64,000 nt of DNA from Clostridia bacterium (GTDB taxonomy: Bacteria; Bacillota; Clostridia; Oscillospirales; CAG-272). Positions 11,370 to 21,526 of this stretch are shown here, one piece after another; within the stretch, counting starts at the first letter, position 1, and every line of letters starts with the position of its first letter. Location of the stretch: NCBI GenBank assembly GCA_017451545.1, contig JAFTOB010000025.1, positions 3,721-67,720 of the forward strand. The letters are read 5' to 3'. The notes beneath the pieces were generated by a model. That model searched no databases. It saw only the letters and a list, made by a program, of their open reading frames with translations, and was not told the DNA's origin. Both the position numbers and the translations under genes were made by a program.

Positions 11370-12266
11370 TTATGTATTATCTTTTTGGGTTCTGATCAGC
11401 TTCGCCGAGTGCGTAGGTCTTCTCTGATCCTCGGGCGGGAGCTGCATATAATCCTTATAGAGCTTTGTCAGCACGTTGTGGCAATCGCTCGGCACGTAGA
11501 AGCTTCCGTTTTCGAACTTTTCTTCGCCGGGTGTGCCAAACCACTCCACGGGGAAAAAGCACTTCTCGGGCGTGTAAATGTAAACCGCCGCATAGGTGAA
11601 ATATTCCTTACTTTCACAGCCCTGATATTTGGTTATTGTCTTTATGACCTTTTTCAGGCTTCTCTTTTCGCTGAGAAAGAAGAAAAGCTTCAGCTTTTGG
11701 TGAAGCGTGTACATGATCTTGTTCACCTTGCCGTAGAAGGAATCGGTTTTTACAACAAAATTTTTGCAACGGGCAACCTTATAGAAAAACAGTGCTCTTT
11801 TGAATTTTCTGAAATATCTCTTTTTCTTTTTTTCGGGAAAGCTGTCAAGGGCAAAAATATCTATCCAAGGATGAACGGTAACCTGATTGCCCGCATATTG
11901 ACGCTCGATATCCGCATCAAGGTCGAGCACTCGCATCTGAAGCTCGGGCTCGCGGTCGCCCTTGATCTTGTAATCACCGTCATTGAGCACAAATCTTTCA
12001 TCCTTGTTCTCTGTGCGGAGATATTCCAAAAGCTTCATATAGTCATCTCTCGGCATCCAAACGTCCACGTCATCATCCCACGGGATGAATCCGTTATGTC
12101 GCACCGCGCCGAGCAACGTGCCGTATGCGAGGTAATAGGTAAATCCGTTCTCTCTGCACACCTTATCTAAAAAGGCAAGTATCTCGTGTGTGCATTCCTG
12201 AAGCTCACGAATACCGTATTCGTCCTTTTGTGCTATTGTCTGCGCATCTAAAGTTTTCTCGTCCAT
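11370..12266 (-). CDS. LicD-family phosphotransferase (phosphocholine/polyol-phosphate transfer to glycans)
   Basis: YYLAYGTLLGAVRHNGFIPWDDDVDVWMPRDDY is the LicD signature. Confidence 0.8.
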   Translation of the reverse strand: MDEKTLDAQTIAQKDEYGIRELQECTHEILAFLDKVCRENGFTYYLAYGTLLGAVRHNGFIPWDDDVDVWMPRDDYMKLLEYLRTENKDERFVLNDGDYKIKGDREPELQMRVLDLDADIERQYAGNQVTVHPWIDIFALDSFPEKKKKRYFRKFKRALFFYKVARCKNFVVKTDSFYGKVNKIMYTLHQKLKLFFFLSEKRSLKKVIKTITKYQGCESKEYFTYAAVYIYTPEKCFFPVEWFGTPGEEKFENGSFYVPSDCHNVLTKLYKDYMQLPPEDQRRPTHSAKLIRTQKDNT

Positions 12267-12328
12267 GTCAATTCACTGCTCCGTTTTTTTATTACGGGCG
12301 GGATCCGATCCCGCCCGTAAGCTTTAAA

Positions 12329-12868
12329 TCAATAGTTCTCTGCCTTGATCTGGAAGTAAGCCTGAGGATGTGCGCAAACGGGGCACATCTGGGGAGCCTT
12401 CTTACCGATCATAAGATGACCGCAGTTAGAGCACTGCCAGATAACGTCGTGATCCTTGGAGAAAACGACCTCATCGTTGACGTTAGCGAGGAGCTTTCTG
12501 TATCTCTCCTCGTGCTCCTTCTCAATGGCGGCAACCATACGGAAGAGCGCGGCTATCTTGGTGAAGCCCTCTTCCTCGGCCTCCTTTGCAAAGCCTGCGT
12601 ACATATCGGTCCACTCGTAGTACTCTCCTGCGGCGGCATCTGCAAGGTTTACGTCGGTTGCGGGGATCTCGCCGTCGTGGAGGAGCTTGAACCAGATCTT
12701 TGCGTGCTCCTTCTCGTTTTCTGCGGTCTCCTCAAAGATCTTTGCGATCTGAACGAACCCGTCTTTCTTTGCCTTAGAGGCATAATAGGTATACTTATTT
12801 CTCGCCTGCGATTCACCGGCGAATGCGGCCATCAGATTGGCCTCAGTTCTTGAGCCCTTGAATTCCAT
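12329..12868 (-). CDS. rbr: rubrerythrin
   Basis: The ferritin-like di-iron domain is [23 protein letters not shown]...[10 protein letters not shown]. The C-terminal rubredoxin motif is CSNCG...CPVC. Confidence 0.9.
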   Translation of the reverse strand: MEFKGSRTEANLMAAFAGESQARNKYTYYASKAKKDGFVQIAKIFEETAENEKEHAKIWFKLLHDGEIPATDVNLADAAAGEYYEWTDMYAGFAKEAEEEGFTKIAALFRMVAAIEKEHEERYRKLLANVNDEVVFSKDHDVIWQCSNCGHLMIGKKAPQMCPVCAHPQAYFQIKAENY

Positions 12869-12892
12869 CTCAAAATTCTCCTTTTGTTTATT

Positions 12893-14374
12893 TTAGTTTT
12901 TTATTTTTACCCTTTCGGGTTCTTTTTCAATAATTGCGAACAGCATAACCACCATCATTTCATACGGCAACGGGCAGAATTCGCCGGGGTTGACCTGCGT
13001 CATCAAAAACACGCCGAGGTAGGAAAGCCCCAATATCATAACGAAGGGATTGAAGCGTCTGATCACCTCGCGCACGCGGGTAAAGATCTGATATCCGTAG
13101 CCCGCGATACCTACGATTCCCATGCTTCCGATGACCTGAGGGATCATCATATGGTACCATCCCATGGTTCCTGTCTTGCCCGAATAGAATTGATTAACGG
13201 CGGGGTTGGCGATTCCCTTTCCGAATATGGGCGACTCGATGAATTCACGGATCGACAGCGAGAACAGCTTACCTCGCACCTCGTCCTCCGCGTGCATCAC
13301 CATTGAAACAAGCTTTGTTATCAGGCCGAATTCGAAAGCCACAAACGTCGCCGCGCATAGGGCGACTGCCGAAATGCCCCATCCGACCCATCTTGACAGC
13401 TTGTTGCGGGTCATTACCGAGAAGGCGATGAGACAAATGAAGAATTCAACGCCTCCCATAAGGAGTCCGCCTCTCGAGCCCGACAGGAATATTATTCCCA
13501 TCATAAAGAAGGGGGTAACAAGATGCCAGAGCTTGCGGTTGCTCTGCATGGCCTTGTAAAACGGGAAAGGCATGAACAGCATCAGGAAGGTCGATATATT
13601 GTTGCCGCACTGGAGCATTATGGTGTTCGGTGCTATGGTGCTGGGATAATACTCGGTCATGCCCAGCTTTTGCTCGCCTATGATCTCTCGCTTTTCGAGG
13701 AACTCGAGCAGAGTGAGACGGTCGGACAGGCTGATATAGTTCTCAACGTATACGGCAATAAGCTGGAAGCAGGTAAAGAGACCCGCCATATACATTATAT
13801 CCACAAATTTCTCGTGCCAATCATAATCACGCTCTATCTCAAGCTGAGATTTGATCAGTATGTAGCAGATCATCATTCCCACGCCGAGACCGGCCACGTA
13901 GTACATTGACTTGAGGTAATTCTCAATGCTGATAAAGCCAAAGCCTCCGATGGAAACGGCAACGGTTACGGCAACGATACCGTAAAAAGTTCTGCCGATT
14001 ACTATGGGACGGCGGTAAAAAACGAAGTGGAAAACCACGGCGGCGACCACGGGAAAGGCCAGCCACCAGAGCTTTATGAAGGTATCGAAGGAATTATAGC
14101 ATTGCAGTACAGAGATGCAGATTACGAGGAATGGGAAGGTGGTCGGGAGAATATCGTCGCTGACCGTGAGAATAAGCGAGATCAGCAAAACGAAGAATAC
14201 AACGCCCGCAACCTCCGCGCCAAAGGATATAAACAGCGCACCCGCCGCAAAGCAGAGCCACATAAAGAGCCGCGTCAAAAAGAAGTTGCGCAATTTAAGA
14301 AAGATTTGCGCCAACTTCGCATTTTTTGGCAGAGGAGAAATATATTTCTCTTTCATTTCGGATATACCTTTCAA
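12893..14374 (-). CDS. polytopic membrane protein, O-antigen ligase/polymerase (Wzy_C-like)
   Basis: 493 aa with at least 10 hydrophobic segments and an SGSRGGLLMGG loop typical of the O-antigen ligase family. Confidence 0.65.
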   Translation of the reverse strand: MKGISEMKEKYISPLPKNAKLAQIFLKLRNFFLTRLFMWLCFAAGALFISFGAEVAGVVFFVLLISLILTVSDDILPTTFPFLVICISVLQCYNSFDTFIKLWWLAFPVVAAVVFHFVFYRRPIVIGRTFYGIVAVTVAVSIGGFGFISIENYLKSMYYVAGLGVGMMICYILIKSQLEIERDYDWHEKFVDIMYMAGLFTCFQLIAVYVENYISLSDRLTLLEFLEKREIIGEQKLGMTEYYPSTIAPNTIMLQCGNNISTFLMLFMPFPFYKAMQSNRKLWHLVTPFFMMGIIFLSGSRGGLLMGGVEFFICLIAFSVMTRNKLSRWVGWGISAVALCAATFVAFEFGLITKLVSMVMHAEDEVRGKLFSLSIREFIESPIFGKGIANPAVNQFYSGKTGTMGWYHMMIPQVIGSMGIVGIAGYGYQIFTRVREVIRRFNPFVMILGLSYLGVFLMTQVNPGEFCPLPYEMMVVMLFAIIEKEPERVKIKN

Positions 14375-14377
14375 ATT

Positions 14378-15148
14378 TTATTTGTTATCTTCAACATCAA
14401 CGATGACTATTTCTCTCGGATTGAAGAACCGCGGAACGAAGGCCGTGTTTGCAAGTCCGCGCCCGACGGCCAAGCGACCGTCGTAAAGTCCTCCTGCCCG
14501 TGGCGGCAGGATCCCCTGCCCCGGCGCATACAGGCCACGGCCGAAAAGTCTTATCTGACCGCCGTGGGCGTGTCCCGAAAGGATCACGTCGATATTTCGC
14601 GATTTCAGATATTTTTCGTAATATTCGGGATGGTGACAAAGCAAGATCGACAGCCCCTCACCTTTTTCGAACCCGTCAAGCATCGAAAGCTCGGGGACGA
14701 GGTCGGTGTTTGTCATTCCGCTGGTCAGGCCGCCGATGCGCAGGCCGTTTTCACAGACGAAGCTGTTATCGAGAAGCACTGCCCCGCTCTCTTTGATGAG
14801 CCCGAGGTTTTCCGGGTGTATCGAAAGCCCTACGTTCTTTTTGTAATAATGACCGCAAAGCTCGTGATTGCCGAGGGAGTAATAAGTCGGCGCGATTGCA
14901 GAAAGCCTTTTTAAGAGCGAGAAAGCAAATTCGTGGGTCACGTCAACCTTATCGGTCGCCGCGTATTCCCCCTCAAGAAGATCAAGCCTTGAGGTAAGAT
15001 CCCCGGGGATCGCAATCAGGTCGGGGTGAAGCTCGGCCACCGCGTCAGCCAGATCCCCGTACACGTTATCGTGCAGATCGGACAGGAGAACGATTCGAAG
15101 CCTCCTCGGAGCCTTGCCGTTTTTTATTTTATAATATATTTTTTTCAT
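14378..15148 (-). CDS. metallophosphoesterase (YkuE/YaeI-like)
   Basis: Motifs LLSDLHD, IPGDL, GNHE and GHAHGGQ are present. Confidence 0.8.
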   Translation of the reverse strand: MKKIYYKIKNGKAPRRLRIVLLSDLHDNVYGDLADAVAELHPDLIAIPGDLTSRLDLLEGEYAATDKVDVTHEFAFSLLKRLSAIAPTYYSLGNHELCGHYYKKNVGLSIHPENLGLIKESGAVLLDNSFVCENGLRIGGLTSGMTNTDLVPELSMLDGFEKGEGLSILLCHHPEYYEKYLKSRNIDVILSGHAHGGQIRLFGRGLYAPGQGILPPRAGGLYDGRLAVGRGLANTAFVPRFFNPREIVIVDVEDNK

Positions 15149-15286
15149 ACCTTTCCACCGTACAGGTCAGTTATATACATTTTATCATAATATTCGACTT
15201 TTTGCAAGAGCCTGCGACACAAAATAATCGCAAAAAACACATTATTCGATTTATTTTTTAATTTTTTTCATATCTTCATATTTCTA

Positions 15287-15315
15287 TTGTAAAAAACGCG
15301 CTTTTGTGGTAAAAT
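15287..15315 (+). promoter_or_regulatory. sigma-A type promoter for mtaB
   Basis: TTGTAA-N17-TAAAAT with an upstream TG. Confidence 0.5.
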
Positions 15316-15363
15316 AATATCAGTAAGCTCAATTTCACGCCCATCGGCAAAACGGAGAAGATC

Positions 15364-16665
15364 ATGCCCTACACATTCGGAATCCACACACTCGGCTGCA
15401 AGGTAAATCAATATGAAAGCGAAGCACTGGCGGAGCTTGCGGTAAAGGCAGGCTTTTCTCTCTGCGAGGGCGGCGAGGCGTGCGACGTTTGCGTTATCAA
15501 CACCTGCACGGTTACGGGTGAGAGCGACAGGAAGTCCCGTCAGCTCATTCGACGCGTAAGGTCGCAGAACCCGGGTGCCGTCATAATCGTCACGGGCTGT
15601 CTGTCCCAGGTAGCCCCCGAAACGGTTGCCGCCATCGACGGCGTATCTTATATTTGCGGCAACAGCCGCAAGGCAGACGTTATTGATGCGGCACTTTCAC
15701 TTGTGGGTAAGCCGAAGGCCGAGCCTATCGTTGACGTGTCCCCCGTTGATGTCGCACCCTTTGAGCGGATGAGCATAGAGCATTTTCCGCGCACACGCGC
15801 ATACATAAAGATCGAGGACGGCTGTGAGTCCCACTGCACCTACTGTATCATTCCCTCGGCGCGAGGAAAAATACGTTCAAAGCCCCGCGAGGACGTGCTG
15901 AACGAGCTCTGCGCTCTTGCCCGCGGCGGTTGCCGTGAGGTGGTGCTGACCGGTATCGAAACGGCCTCCTACGGCATTGATCTCGGCTCTTACCGACTTG
16001 CCGACCTTCTGTGCGATGCCGACCGTCTTCTCGGCGGCGAGGTAAGAATACGTCTCGGCTCACTTGATCCCTCGCTGATCAAGCCTGCGTTCGTGGAAAA
16101 GATAGCACCGTTGTCCTCGGTAGCCCCCCATTTTCATCTTTCCATGCAAAGCGGAAGCGACAGCGTGCTTGCCGCAATGAAGCGCAAATATAACACGAAA
16201 ATGGCGCTGGCCGGAATGGAGCTTCTCCGCTCGGCTATGCCCGACGTGCAGTTCACCACCGATCTGATCGTCGGATTTCCCGGCGAGACCGATGATAATT
16301 TTGCCGAAACGCTTGAGTTCGTAGAGCGCGCCGGATTCCTTTCTGCGCACGTTTTCGCTTACTCAAAGCGAAAAGGAACTCCCGCCGCCGAGCGGCGCGA
16401 TCAGGTTCCCGAAAACGTGAAGAAGGAGCGCTCCGCGGCCCTTATTGCCGCCTGCAAGAGGATCGGCGACGGGATCCTTGAAGGTCAGGTCGGGCGCAGC
16501 TACCCCGTGCTTTTCGAAACCGATTCAAACGGTGTCTCGGTCGGCCATACGCCGTCGTTCATCGAGGTTCACGTAAATTCCGACGCGCCGCTGCACTCTA
16601 CCGTGAGAAACGTAAGGCTGACGCAGGCCTGCGAAGGATTTTGCCTCGGCGAGCTTGAAGACTGA
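15364..16665 (+). CDS. mtaB: tRNA (N6-threonylcarbamoyladenosine) methylthiotransferase MtaB (radical SAM MiaB-like)
   Basis: The UPF0004 N-terminus is HTLGCKVNQYESEAL, the radical-SAM motif is CESHCTYCIIP, and a C-terminal TRAM-like region is present. Confidence 0.85.
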   Translation: MPYTFGIHTLGCKVNQYESEALAELAVKAGFSLCEGGEACDVCVINTCTVTGESDRKSRQLIRRVRSQNPGAVIIVTGCLSQVAPETVAAIDGVSYICGNSRKADVIDAALSLVGKPKAEPIVDVSPVDVAPFERMSIEHFPRTRAYIKIEDGCESHCTYCIIPSARGKIRSKPREDVLNELCALARGGCREVVLTGIETASYGIDLGSYRLADLLCDADRLLGGEVRIRLGSLDPSLIKPAFVEKIAPLSSVAPHFHLSMQSGSDSVLAAMKRKYNTKMALAGMELLRSAMPDVQFTTDLIVGFPGETDDNFAETLEFVERAGFLSAHVFAYSKRKGTPAAERRDQVPENVKKERSAALIAACKRIGDGILEGQVGRSYPVLFETDSNGVSVGHTPSFIEVHVNSDAPLHSTVRNVRLTQACEGFCLGELED

Positions 16666-16710
16666 ACTCAAAAATTTGCTTTTGCCGCACCGCGGCGGAA
16701 TGGATATTTT

Positions 16711-18390
16711 ATGAATTACAATTATTTTGTGCCCTACGGGATGCCGCTGATCGTTCAGAATTTCGGCTTTTTCACCCCCGAAGCATTGCAAAATTTCAAA
16801 AACGACCAAGGCCTTGAATGCGACCTGCGCGAGCTCGTCTATATTCAAAGCTACTACCGCGCCCGAGCGCACCGTGACCCTTCCCTTGACGAGCTGAAAT
16901 TTCTTGACGCCGTCATAAGCCACCGCAAGACCCCGCTCTCGCGATTCGTTATCGAAAAGCTGGATTCGGATTCTGTGGCGGCAGGCGAAAGCTTTGACGA
17001 TGCCGCGAAAAAGCTCTCGGAGCTCGGACACGTCGCCCCCTTTTCCTTGGCCGATATTGCCTCTGTCGCCGACGAGTATCTTGACCGCGCAGGCAAGCGC
17101 ACTGCGACTCCCGGTATTTTCGGCAAGTGCGCCGATCAGGCCGAGCTTGAATTTTACTTCAAGGGCTGTGCTCCCGTGGCAATGCCCGAGACCGACCTCT
17201 CGCGCTGTGTCATCGGCAAGCCCGTCAGACCGCCGAGAAAAATATTTCCCGTTTCGGCCAATGACGTTTTTGTAATTATATTCGGCAGGAACGATGCTGA
17301 TTCCGCCGACGTGGGCGAACGCCTCGCCAGACTTTTATATCATCCTGAAATAACCGACCACATCCGCAAGGTCAGCTCCGTCGGTGAGGGTGCGATATTT
17401 GATTATCTGACCTCCGCCGCAGAGGGATTTTATGCAGATGCCGTATCGTTGCCTCCCGTGACCTATGAATACGATCCACTTGCGGGGCTCTTCGCCGGCC
17501 GCGAGAACTGCGTTGTCACGGCAGTCAGCGGACATATGCTCCCGTATGTTTCGGAAATCGCGAGCGGTCTGGAGCTCACCGTTGCGCCATTCGGTCATCC
17601 TCTCAAGGAAAAGCGCATATCGGTCAGATACGGCGGCGCGTTTCCCCTTGAATTTGAGCCTGCGTTTATATCCGATCTGCCGCCGAGCTGTCCCGTTTCC
17701 GCCGAGATCCTCGTCGGCGAGGCGGAAAAGACCGCGCACAGCAGCGGATCTCGATACACGGATGAGCTCGTTTTTGCTTCTTCGAGCTGTGTCGGAAGCT
17801 CTGTCCGCGAGGTTACGGACAGCATCGTCGCCGCCGTCTCACCCCTTGTGGCTGCGGGCGTTCGATTTACCGATATTTCGGTGTCCTTTGATTGCAAGCT
17901 TCCCTTGGGCTCAACCGACCGAGCCGTTCAAGGCAATGCGCTGTCCCTTCTGCTTGGCAAATACCGCGCCCAGGCCGAGCTTTGCCTGCGCTCCGAAGGC
18001 AACAGATACACTTGCTCATCGGGCGATCCGTCGATCTGCACCTTTGCCAGAGCTGCAAGACCGAAAAAGAAGGGAGATTCTGCAACCGATCATATCGGCT
18101 CTCTTTATCTCGTTGCCGCCAGGCGCCGCTCCGACGGACTTCTTGATTTTGAAAGCCTGCGCGAGCTTTACGGATACGTCGCCTCCCTGATCGAAAAGGA
18201 TCAGGCCACATCCGTCACCGCCTTGGGCTGTGATGCTCTCGATACGCAGCTCGAAGGGCTTACGATCGAGCTTCCGAGCCCCGATAACGTGCCGAATGAA
18301 CTGAAAAAGTGTGCCGTTGGCGCGTTTATTATCGAATCCGAGGCCGAAATTCACGGACTTTTGCTGAAAAGAAAAGATTTTTCGATTTAA
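16711..18390 (+). CDS. hypothetical protein with a PurL (FGAM synthase) N-terminal-linker-like region; probable non-catalytic paralogue
   Basis: 559 aa. GLECDLRELVYIQSYYRARAHRDPSLDELKFLDAVISH resembles the PurL linker region but lacks the SEHC motif. Confidence 0.5.
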   Translation: MNYNYFVPYGMPLIVQNFGFFTPEALQNFKNDQGLECDLRELVYIQSYYRARAHRDPSLDELKFLDAVISHRKTPLSRFVIEKLDSDSVAAGESFDDAAKKLSELGHVAPFSLADIASVADEYLDRAGKRTATPGIFGKCADQAELEFYFKGCAPVAMPETDLSRCVIGKPVRPPRKIFPVSANDVFVIIFGRNDADSADVGERLARLLYHPEITDHIRKVSSVGEGAIFDYLTSAAEGFYADAVSLPPVTYEYDPLAGLFAGRENCVVTAVSGHMLPYVSEIASGLELTVAPFGHPLKEKRISVRYGGAFPLEFEPAFISDLPPSCPVSAEILVGEAEKTAHSSGSRYTDELVFASSSCVGSSVREVTDSIVAAVSPLVAAGVRFTDISVSFDCKLPLGSTDRAVQGNALSLLLGKYRAQAELCLRSEGNRYTCSSGDPSICTFARAARPKKKGDSATDHIGSLYLVAARRRSDGLLDFESLRELYGYVASLIEKDQATSVTALGCDALDTQLEGLTIELPSPDNVPNELKKCAVGAFIIESEAEIHGLLLKRKDFSI

Positions 18391-18414
18391 TTAATAAAAA
18401 ATTTCAAAAAACAC

Positions 18415-18443
18415 TTGCAATTTGAAAAAGAATGTGTTATAAT
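18415..18443 (+). promoter_or_regulatory. sigma-A promoter for rpmB
   Basis: TTGCAA-N17-TATAAT with an extended -10 TG. Confidence 0.6.
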
Positions 18444-18508
18444 ATGGATTGCTTGTGAAAAATAATAATTTATATATTTCTTATCGCTGACATAGGAGGT
18501 GTCTTAGA

Positions 18509-18694
18509 ATGGCAAAATGTGATATTTGCGGAAAGGGCGTTGTCTTCGGACAGAACGTCTCTCACTCCCACCGTAAGACTAACAGAATGTGGAAGCCTAA
18601 CGTTCGCAAGGTAAAGGCCGTTGTTAACGGAACTCATACCACTGTGCACGTATGCTCCAGATGTCTGCGTTCGGGCAAAGTTACCCGCGTTTGA
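18509..18694 (+). CDS. rpmB: 50S ribosomal protein L28
   Basis: MAKCDICGKGVVFGQNVSHSHRKTNRMWKPNVRKVK... is a canonical L28 sequence. Confidence 0.95.
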   Translation: MAKCDICGKGVVFGQNVSHSHRKTNRMWKPNVRKVKAVVNGTHTTVHVCSRCLRSGKVTRV

Positions 18695-18707
18695 GTCTTG
18701 ATAACAC

Positions 18708-18738
18708 AAAAAGCCGGTTTTTCCGGCTTTTTTGTTTT
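18708..18738 (+). terminator. rho-independent terminator after rpmB
   Basis: AAAAAGCCGG-ttttt-CCGGCTTTTTTGTTTT. Confidence 0.75.
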
Positions 18739-18749
18739 GAAAGGAAGCT

Positions 18750-19445
18750 ATGAAACACGTAATTCTTGATATACGCACGCCCACGGCGGCCATCACACGG
18801 CTGACCTCACTTGGCTTTGAGCCCATCCTTCTGCCGCCCTTCCTCACCCTTGCCGAGCCCGTGGCGGCTCACCCCGATATGCTGATCTTCTTCGGGCAGA
18901 AGCTCTATTGCCACGCGGACTACTTACCCCTCGCGCGGCGCGAGCTTGAGCTGATCGCCGAGGCGGCGGAGCTTGAGCTTGAGACAACCGACGAGCCCAT
19001 AGGTGACGAATACCCGCGCGACGTGCTCTTTAACGCCTTTTCGGCGGGCGAGAGCCTTGTAGGAAGGATCGACAGCATCTCGGCAAAGCTGAAGGCTGAT
19101 TTTGAAAGCCTTATCAACGTGCGGCAGGGCTATGCAAAATGCTCGACCTGCGCGGTCTCCGAGCGCGCCTTCATAACCGCCGACGAAGCGATCAAAAAAG
19201 CCCTGCTTGCGCAAGGCTTTGAGGTTTTGAAGATATCTCCCGACGGCGTTGAGCTGACGGGCTACGATTGCGGCTTTATCGGCGGCGCATCGGGCACCGA
19301 CGGCGAGCACGTGTACTTTTGCGGCTCACTTGACCGTCACCCCGACGGCGAGGCCATAAAGGCCTTTTGCGCGTGTCACGGAAGGCCTGCGGTAAGTCTC
19401 TCGGACGAGCCCCTTTACGACGTGGGAACTATGTTCTTTATTTGA
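18750..19445 (+). CDS. hypothetical protein (conserved clostridial family, possibly DUF6873-like)
   Basis: 231 aa with coding-like composition. It follows rpmB. No catalytic motif recognised. Confidence 0.55.
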   Translation: MKHVILDIRTPTAAITRLTSLGFEPILLPPFLTLAEPVAAHPDMLIFFGQKLYCHADYLPLARRELELIAEAAELELETTDEPIGDEYPRDVLFNAFSAGESLVGRIDSISAKLKADFESLINVRQGYAKCSTCAVSERAFITADEAIKKALLAQGFEVLKISPDGVELTGYDCGFIGGASGTDGEHVYFCGSLDRHPDGEAIKAFCACHGRPAVSLSDEPLYDVGTMFFI

Positions 19446-20430
19446 CGTAATCGGCACCGGGAGTGGTCAGAGTCTTGCCGTCCGACATGAAGAACACCGC
19501 TTCGAAGTCCCACTCGCCCGACTCGTACACGGCCATTGTGGCCTCATATCCCATAAGGAAGAAGGCGGTGGAAAGAGCGTCCGCCCTCGCACCGTTGCGG
19601 CAGATAACTGCCACGGCACGGACACCGTTATCCCCGGGATAAGCGGTGCGAGGATCGATGATATGGTGATATTTTTTGCCGTCAACGGTCACAAATCTCT
19701 CATAATCCCCCGAAACCGACACATACCCCGACGAAAGACGTACAGCCCCGCGGCTGTTCTCCGAGTCGGGGTCTTTCAGTCCCACGCGGTAGGGCGAGCC
19801 GTCGGATTTCTTGCCGAAAACGCCGACCATACCGCCGAAATCCAGCATATAACCTACGATCCCGTATTTTTCGGCATTGGCCGCAATGTGCTCGGCTACG
19901 GCCTGCTCGGCATAGCCCTTGCCAATGCCGCCGAGATCGATCATCGTACCGACGGCAAGTGTCACCGACGTGCCGTTGACCTTGATCTTATCCGCTCCGA
20001 TGCTTGCACGGCAGGCGGCAAGCTCGTCCTCGGTGGGAAGTCTGTTTTCCTTGCCGCAGCGATTCCAGAGCTCGACGGCCGAGGCCACGGTCGGGTCGAA
20101 AAGCCCTCCGGACACAGTCCGCACGTCCCCGGCCACGCGCAAAAGCTCCAGCGTTATGGGGTCGCAATCCACCGTCTCGCCGTGATTTAAGCGATAAATA
20201 TCGCTGTCGGGCAGAGTTTTGGATATGACGCGCTCGATGGAATAGATCAGATCCTCGCACTCGTCGAGCAGAGCCGTCACGTCCTCACGGGCGTTGATCT
20301 GCAGGGTCACGTCGGTATTCATAGCGTAAATATATCGGGTCTGGTAGCTCCCCTCCATGGAACAGCCGAAAAGCGGCAGGACGAAAAGCAGGGCGAGCAA
20401 CAGAGCCACGGCTTTATTTGGCTTTAACAT
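19438..20430 (-). CDS. apbE: FAD:protein FMN transferase (ApbE family lipoprotein)
   Basis: The lipobox is LPLFGCS. ApbE-like motifs include AMNTDVTL and DLGGIGKGYA. Confidence 0.85.
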   Translation of the reverse strand: MLKPNKAVALLLALLFVLPLFGCSMEGSYQTRYIYAMNTDVTLQINAREDVTALLDECEDLIYSIERVISKTLPDSDIYRLNHGETVDCDPITLELLRVAGDVRTVSGGLFDPTVASAVELWNRCGKENRLPTEDELAACRASIGADKIKVNGTSVTLAVGTMIDLGGIGKGYAEQAVAEHIAANAEKYGIVGYMLDFGGMVGVFGKKSDGSPYRVGLKDPDSENSRGAVRLSSGYVSVSGDYERFVTVDGKKYHHIIDPRTAYPGDNGVRAVAVICRNGARADALSTAFFLMGYEATMAVYESGEWDFEAVFFMSDGKTLTTPGADYVK

Positions 20431-20968
20431 TTATAATTTTCTCCGTTCTTATATACAAAACGTTAAGGATCGCGCCGATGGCCGCACCGGTGAAGATGCC
20501 GCAAATCAGCAAAACGGGCAGGTAGAAGGTAGCTCCGACGCCGTAAAGGACTGCGGCGGCAAGTATCTGACCGCAACCGTGGGCGGCCGAGGAAATGACC
20601 GACGCGCCGATAAAGCTCAGCTTGCCCCGTCGCACGGCAAGGCGCGAAATAAAGAGCGTGCCGTATGCAAGAGCACCGCCGAGAAAGGCGAAAACGAAGG
20701 ACACGGGCGAGCCGAAAAGCAGAGCCGACAAAAGCACGCGCACGAAGGAAACGAGGGCGGCATCGACGGGCGAGCAAATGAAAAAGGCCAGCATTACGGC
20801 AAGGTTGGCAAGACCGAGCTTGACGCCCGGGAGCGGGATCAGCAAGGATACAGGCAGGATCGCCTCAAGATATGAAAAAGCCAGCGCGGCGCAGATGAGG
20901 GCGGCATCGGCGCAAAGGCGGCGGGTGGTAAAACGCTTACTGCGCGAGGATATCGTCATCCGAGCCAC
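20414..20968 (-). CDS. Gx transporter family membrane protein (heptaprenyl diphosphate synthase component I-like)
   Basis: 184 aa with 5-6 TM segments. It overlaps both neighbours in the typical NusG-II/Gx/ApbE operon order. Confidence 0.7.
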   Translation of the reverse strand: MARMTISSRSKRFTTRRLCADAALICAALAFSYLEAILPVSLLIPLPGVKLGLANLAVMLAFFICSPVDAALVSFVRVLLSALLFGSPVSFVFAFLGGALAYGTLFISRLAVRRGKLSFIGASVISSAAHGCGQILAAAVLYGVGATFYLPVLLICGIFTGAAIGAILNVLYIRTEKIINVKAK

Positions 20969-21317
20969 CTCCTCCCACCGAGATCACAACCCCTGCGGGG
21001 GCGCAGATAATGCTCTGCCCCGAGCGGGATATACGGCCGCTGTTGACGCAAACGCCGTCGGCGCATCCGCTTTCTTCGACCCAAGCCTCGCCGTTGTCTA
21101 TGACCACCGTAAGCTTAATGCCGTTGTTTTCCAGCTCAAAGCGATGATCACGGGAAAGCTCTCCCTCGTAGACCACCTCGGTGCCCTCCTCCGTACGCAG
21201 ACTGACCGTGACCGTCTGCCCCGACGGGAGCAAAAAAGGAACGAATATAAGTGCGATCGCCACAACCAAAACAACGCCTATAACGGCGAGATCCCAAAAA
21301 GTCGGCTTTGTGCGCAT
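20937..21317 (-). CDS. NusG domain II-containing membrane-anchored protein
   Basis: Trimmed to the ATG at 21317 (AGGAGGGG RBS; MRTKPTFWDLAVIGVVLVV is a TM anchor). The family call rests on operon context with Gx and ApbE. Confidence 0.6.
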   Translation of the reverse strand: MRTKPTFWDLAVIGVVLVVAIALIFVPFLLPSGQTVTVSLRTEEGTEVVYEGELSRDHRFELENNGIKLTVVIDNGEAWVEESGCADGVCVNSGRISRSGQSIICAPAGVVISVGGGGSDDDILAQ

Positions 21318-21481
21318 TATATCCCCTCCTGTCAAAATCTTTTGTTCAAGTATACCACAGCCGCGATTTTTTGTCAATAGGCGGCATTCGGGTCAAAGCG
21401 ACCTCAAAAAGGCACAAAATGCTCCTTTTTTCGCCCCTAAAAATTTTTTTGAAATTTTTCAAACTTTTTTTCAAAAAGGTA

Positions 21482-21510
21482 TTGCATTTTTCAAAAAGTT
21501 GTGGTATAAT
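21482..21510 (+). promoter_or_regulatory. sigma-A promoter for tRNA-Val
   Basis: TTGCAT-N17-TATAAT (TTGCATTTTTCAAAAAGTTGTGGTATAAT). It is nearly identical to the tRNA-Ser promoter at 54290. Confidence 0.65.
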
Positions 21511-21526
21511 ATCACACGTTGGTCAC

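Noticed and set aside
12293-12321. A perfect 14-bp-arm palindrome (TTACGGGCGGGATC-c-GATCCCGCCCGTAA) between rbr and licD, considered as a terminator.
   Set aside because: The T-run lies on the wrong side for the minus-strand genes: A's follow the hairpin in the transcribed orientation. A terminator call is therefore not supported. It may be a processing site or protein-binding site, but the evidence is too weak to report as a feature.
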